Made by a program: the position numbers and the translations under genes
Shown here: positions 1-11,880 of the stretch, piece by piece
Layout of the letters: each line of letters starts with the position of its first letter
Numbering within the stretch: the stretch's first letter is position 1
Notes under the pieces: model-generated
Told to the model about the DNA's origin: nothing
The model's input: the letters and a program-made list of their open reading frames with translations, nothing else
The model's database searches: none
NCBI RefSeq assembly: GCF_039654945.1
Contig: NW_027361743.1
Coordinates: 9,238,001-9,302,000, forward strand
Source of the DNA: Dendrobates tinctorius
Lineage: Eukaryota
Direction of reading: 5' to 3'
Length of the DNA: 64,000 nucleotides

Positions 1-439
1 ACCAAGTGAGGATGGTAGGGATCACTGAATGATATTTTAGGAGAAGCATGGCTATCAATTTAAAGCTGTCTATATTTCCTGATCAGAGAACATTTATTCT
101 TGGTCTAGGATGGAGAGGACAGACATTTTGCCTGAACTTCAGTTGACAGCAGAGATCGCTTTACATCAGTCACTTGAAGGCAATAGACTGGATCTAGGAT
201 CCATCTTTCCGGCTCTTACAAGAGTTGCCTAGGAGTGTTCTGCAGGGAGAAGGAGGTGGTGGTGGTAACTACCGCAGATGGTGTACACTAACAATTATAC
301 GTTGGACTTACTCATCCTGAACACTAATGTGATCATAAATTAAGCAGGAGAAGGCGAAATTTGCCCATCCTTTGATACCCTTATATACTAGCTTTTCCAG
401 ATGGACAGACATTGATGCATGTTATATAGCAACACTCAC

Positions 440-536
440 AGGTTCTTTCTGGGCACGTCATCTCCTTTCTCACAGTTACTTTCTTTTCACCACTATTTCT
501 TGTGGTGAATCCGAGGGTCAATACATAATCAGTGTA
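440..536 (-). CDS. ZP4: ZP4/ZPB-like, coding exon 3 (end of ZP-N1); the gene continues beyond the left edge of the window
   Basis: Poly-T tract and ctttag acceptor, GTGAGT donor. Encodes YTDYVLTLGFTTRNSGEKKVTVRKEMTCPERT, resembling ZP4 DSHYIM...LLKCP. Phase 0 to 1. Confidence 0.8.
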
Positions 537-793
537 CTAAAGTGGAGAAAAAAAAAAAACAAAAAATTTACACTTGATGCCAGTAACTACCAAGACATCC
601 AACATTGAGGAAAGAGCAGTGCAAATAGCCCGAAGCAAGGCCATCTAATAATGCCATAGGTAATGTTCTCCCTACAGCTCGGTTTTGCCTTGATACAAGT
701 CCCAGCTTTAGCTTTCTGGCTCCATATGAAACTGAAGACACTTGGGAACCCATGATGGCTGCATAATGCCAGAGCACCACTTTATACGCTTAC

Positions 794-915
794 TTTTGGA
801 GAGATGTAGCAACCATCATAAGATGACCCAATGATCACAGAGCCATCGCTTCTCCTGTTCACCCAAATGCCGCAAGATGAATTATTTCTCAGAAGCTCCA
901 TTTTTCCATCTTTAT
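794..915 (-). CDS. ZP4: ZP4/ZPB-like, coding exon 2 (ZP-N1)
   Basis: Acceptor tttttcag and donor GTAAGC. Encodes (N)KDGKMELLRNNSSCGIWVNRRSDGSVIIGSSYDGCYISPK, resembling ZP4 LQNDSDCGTW...ATYSSCYV. Phase 1 to 0. Confidence 0.85.
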
Positions 916-1864
916 CTGAAAAACAGGGCATGGGTGAGCAAGAATAATCAGCACTCCACCAAGTGCCAGTGGTGTAGGTATATTGAATACATTCGCTGGA
1001 TGCAAACGCAGCCTTAGTACGAGAGGGGCCATGACATCTACTGCACGCACTGCTAGAAAGGCTTTGCACACAGGTGACTCAATGTGCCATTTTGTGCAGC
1101 TCCAAACCATCTGGTCACAAATGCTTGCATGTAGTCCAGAAGAAGAAAACCCCCACTCATTCACTATGGGACCACAATTCAGTTTCCACATCAAATTGAT
1201 AAATACCATTGGCTGATTCACAGGACTAAAGGCCAGCACCAACATAAGTAGTCAAAAAGCCTACCAGCATCCCCAAAGACTCAAGCTTAGTAGTCACAAA
1301 TGTCTTCTCCCCAGACAGTAGGAGTTCTACAGGGCTCTGGTCCAGAAGCCACAGACTACCAACATTGCCTCTGGAGCTAGGGCTTACAAATACTCTTATG
1401 CACAAGCCAGTCAGCATCACTGACTACTGTGCCCACCCCATCAATTATATGGCATTTATAGAAATATGCTCACCCCACCACCTCATCCTAAATATGTATA
1501 TAAATCTGTCCAACTAGCAATGGGTCATTCCTGACCAATAAGTCACAGACGGCTCCCTTAGTTATCAATGGTAGCCAGCACCCAAGTGAGCCATTTACAT
1601 TCTCAGAATGGCTCTCAATGAAGGAGAGAGGGTAAAACATACGACAAGGTCAAGGACACCAGAAGCCTACTTACTCTCCCTAGACAATGCTTTGATTCTA
1701 CCACACCATGCATGTGTTCATTAAATAAGAGCTCACTCTTTGGCAAGCAGAGCTAGGTGGTCCAGCTGCCCATGACTACAAAAGACTGAGCAGGCTCTTG
1801 GGGTCAGCATAAGTTGGTTGATCATAGGCCAATAACCATCATAAGGGATATTTTTAACACTTAC

Positions 1865-2027
1865 TTAAAATCTTCATCTTGTGGTCACCCTTCAGACTCA
1901 GTGGCACAACAATCTGCATGCTCTCCACCCCACATTGTATCTGTGGTGTCTCCTGCAGGCCATGGCTACTGTCCAAGCCCAACCATAGCAGCCAGCACAC
2001 TAGCCCCACCAGCCTTAACCACACCAT
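1865..2027 (-). CDS. ZP4: ZP4/ZPB-like zona pellucida (egg envelope) glycoprotein, coding exon 1 (signal peptide + start of ZP-N1)
   Basis: Manual translation of the minus strand: MVWLRLVGLVCWLLWLGLDSSHGLQETPQIQCGVESMQIVVPLSLKGDHKMKIL plus 1 nt, then GTAAGT donor at 1864-1859. Hydrophobic signal peptide and CG-x-x-S-M-Q motif resemble ZP4 exon 1; phase 1 matches the next exon. Confidence 0.8.
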
Positions 2028-2063
2028 CCTGAACCACTGACCACACCTAGCACCAGGAGCACC

Positions 2064-2089
2064 TATATAGTAATGTGATTGGCCACCTG
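2064..2089 (-). promoter_or_regulatory. Putative ZP4-like core promoter: TATA, CCAAT and E-box
   Basis: TATATA at 2064-2069, CCAAT (ATTGG at 2078-2082) and CACCTG/CAGGTG E-box at 2084-2089, all within ~65 bp upstream of the ATG at 2027. Confidence 0.55.
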
Positions 2090-2353
2090 GGCAGCTTTAA
2101 GTAACCCATTCATAGGCCCTGAGTCATCACATTGGGAAAATTCATTAGTGCGCTTGCACCTTTTTTTTTTGTCTAGTTTTTGATGTTTTTCATTTGCACC
2201 TTAGGCTACATTTCCATGATGAGTTTTTGGTGGATTTTTTGCGCTATGTGTTAAAAAAAAAAAAAAATCAAGTAACTTATTTCACTTAATGAGTGCAGAA
2301 AATCTGCAACATCAAAAAACTCACTCAAATCTCATTGAGAAAACGTAGCTTAA

Positions 2354-2609
2354 GGCTGGAGTCACACACAACGAATAAAAAATCGGTCCCATTTTAACGG
2401 TCCGAAATCGCACAAAGGTATCTTAACCAGTGATGCGTTTTTGATGCAATTTTTCTTCAGTGATGCGATTTTAATCGCATGTAAGCATCCTTTTGACATC
2501 AGTCTGGCGAGATTTTCTCGCTGGATAGCAAAATGGACATATAATGGAGCCCAATGACAGGTTTCCCCACACAAACGAATTAATAGATCTAGACACACAT
2601 ATATATTTT

Positions 2610-2640
<31 letters not shown>

Positions 2641-3588
2641 TTTATACATGTCATAGAGACACATTTATACATATATTTGACATTCATACAGGTCATCATA
2701 GCAGAATAGCAGCAGAAACATTTGCCGGCTTTTGTATAATTATTCTCCTGCCCGACATGAAATGACACATGGTTTACATATAGTTAACCATTTCATTTCA
2801 TGTTTTTTTTGGTATGTCTATCACTATTAATTAGATGAGTGTTTGTGGGTAAAATTATGGAGTTGTAGGGGTTTATTTAAGGGGTTAATTCGTTGTATTA
2901 AATTGCAGGGACTCCTGCTGACGTCACTGAGGCTGCAGGGAGTCCCCGTAATTTAATACAACGAATTAACCCCTTAAATTAACCCCTTCAACTCCATAAT
3001 TTTACCCACAAACACTCATCTAATTAATAGTGATAGGCATACCAAAAAAAACATGAAATGAAATGGTTAACTATATGTAAACCATGTGTCATTTCATGTC
3101 GGGCAGGAGAATAATTATACAAAAGCCGGCAAATGTTTCTGCTGCTATTCTGCTATGATGACCTGTATGAATGTCAAATATATGTATAAATGTGTCTCTA
3201 TGACATGTATAAAATATATATATATATACATACATATATTGTGTCTAGATATATTCATTCTTTCTTTATTTAACCGGTCTCTGTGATTTTACTGTATTGG
3301 AAGAATTGCCGGCTTTTGCTAAAGGAGACCGGGTGTGATTTAATCGCAACTCACACATTGGGTCCGTTTTTAGTCCCATTTTTTCTCACCCTCATAGACT
3401 TGTATTGTCGAATCCGATCCGAAAATCGGTGACATCGCAGCATGCTGCGATTGTCTCGGTCAGAGGATCGGATGCGATAAAAAATCGCATGATGTGAGCT
3501 GCCCCATAGAATAACATGGGTTCGAATGCAATGCGATTTTTTTATTGCATTGCATTCGTCCGTTTTATTCGCCAGTGTGACCCCGGCC
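2354..3588. mobile_element. PIF/Harbinger-type non-autonomous element containing a 660-bp palindrome
   Basis: TIRs GGCTGGAGTCACAC / GTGTGACCCCGGCC with TAA duplicated on both sides (2351-53, 3589-91). Confidence 0.75.
2587..3250. repeat. Near-perfect long inverted repeat (~330-bp arms)
   Basis: ATCTAGACAC...GTGTCTAGAT ends; arms match almost base for base, with a ~16-nt spacer near 2919-2934. Confidence 0.95.
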
Positions 3589-5023
3589 TAATTCTTTTTA
3601 TTTTTAACTTTTTTGCAGATCCCCATCATGGGCAGGGTTTGGGGTTTCCAGCTGATGCATCAGTTTTCTTTTTAATGTTCTCCATTCCTCCGACCCCTGT
3701 TGATTGATTTTATGTACATCTGAACTTTATTATTGAAATATTTGCGACATTTTAGTGCATTGTACGACCAAAAAAAGCCACAGAACAGGTTGAATACAAA
3801 AAGAAAGAGTATTTTATTTGTGCTCAAAATTCATTTTGGAGAATGCGATGCAAAAAAACGTAGAGGAATACTACAAGACAGCAATAAATTGACTTACAAA
3901 AACCTGCAATGATGAATCGGGACGATTAATTTCGCGCTTAACATTTTTTTTTACTTTATAAGCTTCACATGTTCTGCCAAAACCTCTGCAAAATTTGACA
4001 TAAAATGGCTAAAGAGACAAGCTGTAGCATATTTCCACAAAAATAAAGAAATCAGTCTGATAAAATGCTGCATGTGGTTCATTAATTTTGCTCAACGTCA
4101 AAAATTCTAAATGTTGTCTTTTTTCCTTTTTGAGCCTTTTCTAAAGCAAAAAGTCACATGTTCTGCTAAAATATGGGCAGGCGTGCATAAAATGACTCCA
4201 GGAGGGTACAAAAAATGCTTAGAAGAATGAGCAGGCTTATTTCTATGCAAAAACGACTTGTGATTCATCCGTTCAAGCTTCTGAGCTCCATTTACACGCT
4301 CAGGCATTCAAAAGTCACTAAGCGTTTAAAAGAAGTAACGTCCGTTCTTCCGTTGTTTACTACTAGGAAAACGCTCAAAACTTCCAATACAAGTCAATGG
4401 GAAGGCTAAAAAAGTTGCTCGGAATATTCCCGGCATTTTTTTTTTTTTTTTGCAAGTTTTGTGAAGCATTTCTGGAGCAAAAAAAAAACAAAAACAAAAC
4501 GCTGGCATTATCTATATTGGATAATAAAGTTCAAAATAAGTCTGATAAATGCTGTACAAAAACAGCTGAAAAATACTGAAAAAACATTCATAAAAAATGG
4601 CAGAAAAAAATGCCAGAAAAACTCTCAGAAACTAACAAAGGATGTGTTCACATTAAATTTTTTTGAGCAGAAACTTTCCAAAAATCTTCTTCAAAAACTG
4701 TGTATTTGGCATAGATTTTAACTAAAGTTGCGTATTCCGAGAGTTTTAGAAGCAGCTTTCGGGAAGGATTTTGCAGAGTTTTCACTCCAAAAACTCTTGA
4801 ACAAGGAACTTCTGATGCAAAAACTCAGCAAAAACACTCAGTGGGAACACACCCATATGCATTTTCTTCCTGTAGGATCCACCTCTGGGCTTTGACAAAA
4901 AAAAATTGCATTCAAATTGGAGTGATGCTTTTTAAAAATAAATAAATAAATAAAATGATTCTATTCACATCATTTTTTTAGGCAGGGCCATATGGAGGAT
5001 GGCTTTAAAAAAAATCATCCTAA

Positions 5024-5173
5024 GGCTGGGATCACACATGCGAGAAACACGGCCGAGTCTCGCATGTTAATATCAATACATGGAGCTGCACGCTCCGCTC
5101 CCGAGTGCCGGCGGCAGTGCCGGGCATTAACATGCGAGACTCGGCCGTGTTTCTCGCATGTGTGGTCCCAGCT
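5024..5173. mobile_element. Palindromic Harbinger-type MITE
   Basis: GGCTGGGATCACAC...GTGTGGTCCCAGCT, TAA TSD, largely self-complementary. Confidence 0.8.
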
Positions 5174-6927
5174 TAAGTCGCCTTAGAAATTCACTGGCCG
5201 GATTTATCATTTGCAGTTTTTGTACATCACTTTTCTTTTCTGACTTTTTGGGTTTTCACTGAAAAAAAAATTGTGCCAATTCCAATTGATTTTCACTTCA
5301 TCCTTTCAAGATGCGCATTTTTTATGCACCTTTTTTTAAAGTCTAGTTTATTGGTGTTCACTTGTTTATATACATATATATACTAAAAGGAGGCCTGATA
5401 CTATCGCATCGGGAGGGCACAGTGCTCTGCATGAGGGATTTCCGTTACAGAGAGATATACTCATCTTCCGATGGCCCCCGATCTCCTCTCCACGCTCCCG
5501 GCATCTTCCAGTCCCAGTAATGCTTAGCGTGAAGGACAGGAGATGATGTCACTCTCGCGAGAGCGCGACGTCATCAGCGGTCTTTCGCGCAAAGCATTAC
5601 TGGGACCGGAAGATGCTGGGAGCGTGGTGAGAGGAGAGAAAGCGTCTGGGGGCCGTCGGAAGGTGAGTATATCACTATTTTTTATTTTAATCCTATTTTT
5701 TACAGGTTTATGGTACCCAGGGCATGGAGGAGAGTCTTCTGACCCTGGGTACCATCCGCACATTGAGCGCTGCGCCGGTTATCTCCTGGCTGCATCGCCG
5801 CTGACCTCCACGCGGCAGGAGATGACCCATGGCAACTCCCGCCGCAGATCTCCCAACGGTAGCGGTGGCGTGCGTCGTTCGAATGCCGCGCCAATTCGCG
5901 GGCGGACTGCGCCTGTCGCTAATTGGTCGAGGCCGGCCGGGCGCGACCAATCAGCGACGCGGGATTTCCGTTACAGACAGACAGAATTAGACGAAATAAA
6001 AAAAATGCACTTTATTTATGTTTTCACCGTTTTTGTCACCTTTTTAGCTCAAAAAGTCACATTTTGCACTTACATTTTGCAAAACTCACAGAAAAACTTT
6101 AGAATCACCCTGGGGGCGGCAGAGCACCGGAGTACATTTGCCCAAAAATGTGACTTTTTAAAAAGTTCAGGGGTTAGTAATGGAGAGGTGTCTATCAGAC
6201 ACCCACATTACTAACCCAGTGATTAAAAATAAAAACACACACCCACAGAAAAAAAAATAGTTTATTTTAAAAACACTCTGCCACACCTTTTTGACCAATT
6301 TAACAAAAAAACAAATTAAAAAAAAAACCATGAATATCCAAAGTAGTCCTGGGAATCCAAAGTAGTCCAGAAATGGGAATCTGAAAGACATAAAAATAGA
6401 GAATTAAATAAAGACAAGAAACACTCCCTTATTCACCAGTTTATTATTAAAAATGATGTTCTCACGACGTCCATCAATTCAGTACTGCAACCTATGGAGC
6501 GTCTTTCTGATAATGACGCTTCATATGTCACTGCCCATCATGTCTCACGCTTGATGACATCAGTAATTCAGTAACCCATGCTTGCAGTATTGGATCAGAG
6601 ATGCAGGCTCCTGCATGACCCGGCAGCTCTGAGCAGCGGTAACTTCTGCAACTACATCACTCATCAAGTCCATGGAGTTTTATGGAGGCGACTCTCTGTT
6701 TTACCTTGGCTGGTTATGAAAAAAATAGGAGGGATCACAGGTCATTTTTAAAAAAAATGTTGTATTCAATTGGTTTAATAAGGCTAAACATCCTTTAGTG
6801 CCACATAAAAGACACTAAAGGGTGTTAGATAATTATATGTAGGAGGATTGTAACATTAAATATCTACAGGATAGCTATCTATTTCATCTATCTATATCAT
6901 CTATCTGTATATAAGATTGCTCTATTA

Positions 6928-7122
6928 GGCCGGGATCACACACAGCGAGATACGGCCGAGTCTCGCAGGTTAAAACCAAGCTCTGGCGCCGGCACTCCGG
7001 AGCGGAGCGTGCAGCCGCACAGAAATACATGGAGCTGCACTCTCCGCTCCAGAGTGCCGGTGCCAGAGCTTGGTTTTAACCTGCGAGACTCGGCTGTATC
7101 TCGCTGTAGTGTGACTCCGGCC
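6928..7122. mobile_element. Palindromic Harbinger-type MITE
   Basis: GGCCGGGATCACAC...GTGTGACTCCGGCC, TTA TSD. Confidence 0.85.
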
Positions 7123-7315
7123 TTAGTTTGTAAACTAGCTTTAAATTACATGGAGAATTACTGCATGTAAAAGATGATGTAAATAACGCATTGCATACGG
7201 ATGTCATACTGATGCTACTTGACAAAAATCGCATTGTGCTTGCATGACACGTGTCCAATTTTTTTGGATCAACATTTGACCGATTTTTTTATACTCTAGT
7301 GTGATTCCAGCCTTA

Positions 7316-7466
7316 GGCCGGGGTCACACTTGTGAGTGTGATGCGAGAAACTCATGCGTGTCTCTCGCATCAATACCCGGCGCTGCTGCCAGCACTCGGG
7401 ACCGGAGTGTGCAGCTGCATTTCTATGTGAGTTTCTCGCATCACACTCGTAAGTGTAACCCTGGCC
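7316..7466. mobile_element. Harbinger-type MITE
   Basis: GGCCGGGGTCACAC...GTGTAACCCTGGCC, TTA TSD; same family as 20280-20485. Confidence 0.8.
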
Positions 7467-7538
7467 TTAGTGCGAGTGCAATGTGATTTTTTTTATCACA
7501 TTGCAGTTTGCGTATTTATACCTTAACCGAAACCTTTA

Positions 7539-7873
7539 GGGTGTGTGCACACGTTGTGGATTCTGCTGCGGATTTGGCCCTGCGGTGCGGTGTACAGTGC
7601 CATTATAGGCAATGCAAAATGAAAAACGCAGTGCCCACGGTGCGGAATTTTCCGCGCGGATTTGCTGCTGTTTTAAGTCCGCAGCATGTCACTTCTTTGT
7701 GTGGATTCCGCAACGGTTTGGCACCTGCTCCATGACAGGTATCAAACCTCAGGCTAATCCAGAGAAAATCCGCAGATAAACCTCAGGTCTTTTGACTTGT
7801 GGATTTACCTGCGGATTTAGACAAATCCGTGCGGAAAATTCCGCAGCAGAATCCGCAACGTGTGCACACACCC
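7539..7873. mobile_element. Harbinger-type MITE (TGCGG-rich family)
   Basis: GGGTGTGTGCACACGTTG...CAACGTGTGCACACACCC TIRs flanked by TTA/TAA; related copies at 28858, 36123 and 36521. Confidence 0.8.
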
Positions 7874-7875
7874 TA

Positions 7876-10800
7876 ACCCTCCAAGCCTGTTTTCACCTTC
7901 AAGACCAGGCCAAATTTTACAATTCTGACCAGTGTAAGTTTATGTAGCAATAACTAACTTGCACACTTCAACTGATCCCACTGATTCTGACCATGTTTTT
8001 ATGTGATATATTGTACTTCATGATAGTAGTAAAATTGTTTGTTATGACTAGGGTTTACTTGTGAAAAAATCCGAAATTTGTTGAAAATTTGGCAAATTTT
8101 GCGATTTTCAAACTTTTAATTTTTATGCCCTTAAACCACAGAGTTATGTCACACAAAATAGTTGAAACGTAATTTTTTTTTTTTGTTAGAAAGTTAGAAG
8201 GGTTAAAATTTGGCCAGCGATTTCTAATTTTTCCAACAAAATTTACAAAACCATTTTCTTTAGGGATCACATCACATTTGATGTGACTTTGAGGGGTCTA
8301 TATGACAGAAAATACCTAAAAGTGACACGATTCTAAAAACTGCACCCCTAAAAGTCCTCAAACCCACATTCAAGAGGTTTATTAACCTCTCAGGTGCTTC
8401 ACAAGTGTCAAGGGAATGTGGAAGGAAAAAATTAACATTTAACTTTTTTTCAGAAATTTTTTTACTTTAGACCCAATTCTTTTTGTTTTCACAAGGATAA
8501 CAGGAGACAATGGACCCAAAATATGTTGTTCAATTTCTCCTGAGAATGCTGACATTACAAATGTGTGGGAAAACTACTCTTTGGCTGCATGGCAGGGCTC
8601 GGAAGGGAAGGAGCACCGCTTGACTTTTTGAATGCAAAATTGGTAGGAATTGAGATTGGGTGCCATGTCGCGTTTGGAGAGCCCCTGATGTGCCTAAACA
8701 GTGGAAACCCCCTCCAGTGACTCCATTTTGGAAACATAAAGGGATGTATCTAGATGTGTGGTGAGCACCTTGAACTCCAGGTTCTTCACAGAAGTTTATA
8801 AAGTTGAGCCATGCAAATAAAGAATCTCTTAGTACACTGATACCCCATATGTGGTTGAAAACTACTTTTGAGGCACCATGCAATAATATAATAACAATAA
8901 TAAATTTTATTTTTATAGCGCTGACATATTCCACAGCACTTTACATTTCAGAGGGGATTTGTACAGACAATAGACATTACAGCATAACAATAATCACATA
9001 CAGTAGATTATAACAAATACCAAGAGGAATGAGGGCCCTGCTCGCAAGCTTACAGTCTATGAGGAAAGAGGTAGACACGAAAGGTGGGTGGTAACAGTTG
9101 CCCTGATTGTATGGACCAGCCATAATGTTAAGTGTGTGACAGTACAGACACAGAGGGCTAATGGATGCATAAAGCATGTGGGAACATGATGTGGGAAATC
9201 TGGTTATGGTAAAACTTTTGGCTGTGCCACACAGGGATAGATTAGGTTAATGTGTTGAGGCGGTAGGCCAGTCTGAATAAATGTGTTTTCAGGGCACGCT
9301 TAAAATTGTGGGGATTGGGTACTAATCGTATTGACCTGGGAAGTGCATTCCAAAGAATTGGCGCAGCACGTGTATAGTCTTGGAGACGGGAGTGGAGGTT
9401 CTGATTATTGAGGATACTAACCTCAGGTCATCAGCAGAACGGAGGGCGCGGGTAGGGTGGTATACTGAAACAAGGGAGGAGATGTAGGGTGGTGCTGAGC
9501 CATGGAGGGCTTTGTGGGTGAGGGTAATAAGTTTATACTGAATTCTGGAGTGGATGGGTAGCCAGTGTAATGACTGGCACAAGGTAGAGGCATTGGTGTA
9601 ACGATTGGTGAGGAATATGATCCTGGCTGCAGCATTCAAGACAGATTGGAGGGGGGAGAGTTTGGTAAGAGGGAGACCGATTAGAAGAGAGTTACAATAG
9701 CCGAGACGAGAATGAATAAGAGAAACAGTAAGACTTTTTGCAGAGTCAAAAGTAAGAAAAGGTCGAATTCTAGAAATGTTTTTGAGGTGCAGATGACAAG
9801 AACGAGCCATTGATCGAGTGTGGGGGGCAAAGGAAAGCTCGGAATCAAGTATGACCCCAAGACAGCGGGCCTGTTGCTGGGGAGTAATAGTGGAGCCACA
9901 CACAGAAATAGCAATGTCGGGTATAGGTACATTAGTAGAGGGAGGAAACACCAGGAGTTCAGTCTTTGACAGGTTCAGTTTCAGATATAGTGAGGACATG
10001 ATGTTAGACACAGCGTTTAGACAATCGCCGGTGTTTTCTAGAAAGGCTGGCGTGATGTCAGGAGAAGAAGCGTATAATTGGGTGTCATCAGCATAGAGAT
10101 GGTACTGGAAACCAAATCTAATGATTGTTTGACCAATAGGGGCAGTGTACAAGGAGAAGAGGAGAGGGCCTAGAACTGATCCTTGGGGGACCCCAACAGT
10201 AAGGGGAAGGTGAGAGGAGGAGGAACCGGCAAAAGATACAGTAAAGGAGCGGTCGGAGAGATAGGAGGAGAACCAGGAGAGAACGGTGTCCTTGAGGCCA
10301 ATGGAGCCGAGCATAGTGAGGAGGAGCTGATGATCCACAGTGTCGAATGCTGCAGAGAGATCCAAGAGAATTAGCATGGAGTAATGACCATTTGATTTAG
10401 CTGTTAGCAGATCATTAGAGACTTTAGTGAGGGCAGTTTCAGTGGAGTGTAAAGAGTGGAAACCGGATTGGAGAGGGTCGAGAACAGAGTTTTCTGAGAG
10501 ATAGCGGATAGCGGATGCAATGCTCAGAAGGGAAGAAATATTGGAGTTCAGATTTTGCTGGAATGGTTTCCAGGTGCTATGTCACATTGGCAGAGCTCCT
10601 GAGGTGTTAGAACAGGAGAACCCACCATAAGTGACATAATTTTACAAACTACACCTCTCAATGAACTCATCTTGGGGTGCAGTGAGTATGTTGACACCAC
10701 ATGTGCTTCACAGAAATTTATACCATTGGGCGGTGAAGAAAGAATAATAACATTCTTGCCACTAAAATGTTGTTTTAGCCCAGAATGTTTAATTTTCCTA

Positions 10801-11880
10801 AGGGCTAATAGGAAAAGTTTGTTGTTCAATTTCTCCTGAGTGAGCCAATACTCTACATGTAAGTAACTACTTTTGAGGCACAGTGCAAAACTCAGAAGGG
10901 AAGAAGCGCCGTAATTCAGTGCAGATTTTACTGTTATGGTTTGCAGGTACTATGACCCACACGGAGAGCCCCTGAGGTGCCAGAACAGCAGATCCCCCCA
11001 TAAGTGACCCCATTTTACAAACTACACCTCTCAATGAATTTATCGAAGAGTGCAGTGATCATATTGACACCACAGGTGTGTCACAGAATTTTATACCATT
11101 GGGCAGTGAAGAAATAACAATTAAATATTTACAACAAAAACTTAGTTTTAGCCCCAGATTTTACATTTTCACACAGGAAAATTGTTAAAAATTGCACCAA
11201 AATTTGTCAGACAATTTCTGCTGAAGGTGGCAATACCCCATATGTGGCTGTAGAGTACTGCTCAGCCACACGGCGAGACTCAAGAGGTATGGAGTGCCAT
11301 TTGCCTCCTGAAGTGCAGATTTTCCTAGAATAGTTTGCAGAATCCATATAAGTGCTATAAGAGCAGAATACCCCTCAAGTGACCCCATTTTGGATATTGT
11401 ACCCCATTAAGAATTTATCTACAGGTGTAGTGACAATTTTGACTCCATAGGAGTTTTCCAGAAACAAGCAAAAGTAGATGTTACCGAGTGAAAATTGCAA
11501 ATATGCTATTGTAGTGCCCAGTACGTTGTAGTGCCCAGTATGTTATGTCCAGCTCTTGCTTCTGGAGACATGCACAGATAAATTAACGGGGTTCTCATTG
11601 CTACAGAAATGCCAAACATGAGTACGCTAAATGTGGGGCTTGGAAGGGAGGGGGGCATTTGGATTTGGGAGTGCAAAATTTGCTGGGCATATATTGGGGG
11701 CGAGGAGCCATTCAGCTTTTCCAGAGCCTTTGTGCTACCAATATGGAAGCCCCCTGTTTCCGTTAACAGATGATGGACCTGAGTGGGGGACTTGCTTTTT
11801 TCATGGATTGAGTTTTTTTATTGGGAACACTTTACATAAAGTTTGGGATCACATTTATCCGGCACGCTATGCTGACCTCT
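7876..11880. mobile_element. Large non-autonomous DNA transposon (probably piggyBac-derived) with internal ~370-bp repeats, interrupted by an L2
   Basis: Recurring GTGACCCCATTTT...ACTACACC motif near 8720, 10630, 11000 and 11380; sequence is collinear across the L2 insertion. Family assignment and ends are approximate. Confidence 0.5.
8885..10514 (-). mobile_element. 5'-truncated L2-clade LINE with RT ORF 9322-10377
   Basis: RT motifs [30 protein letters not shown] and LHWLP; L2-type 3' tail ending in (TTA)-like repeats; 7-bp TSD ATGCAAT (8878-84, 10515-21); frameshift near the C-terminus. Confidence 0.92.

Noticed and set aside
312-316. 5-nt micro-exon using the closer ttcag acceptor
   Set aside because: It would create a TGA stop at the junction with ZP exon 3.
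960-1440. Possible Gypsy gag/protease remnant in ZP intron 1
   Set aside because: No convincing motif could be read in any frame.
5543-6214. 223-aa ORF
   Set aside because: Runs through GC-rich MITE hairpins; no recognisable domain or splice context.
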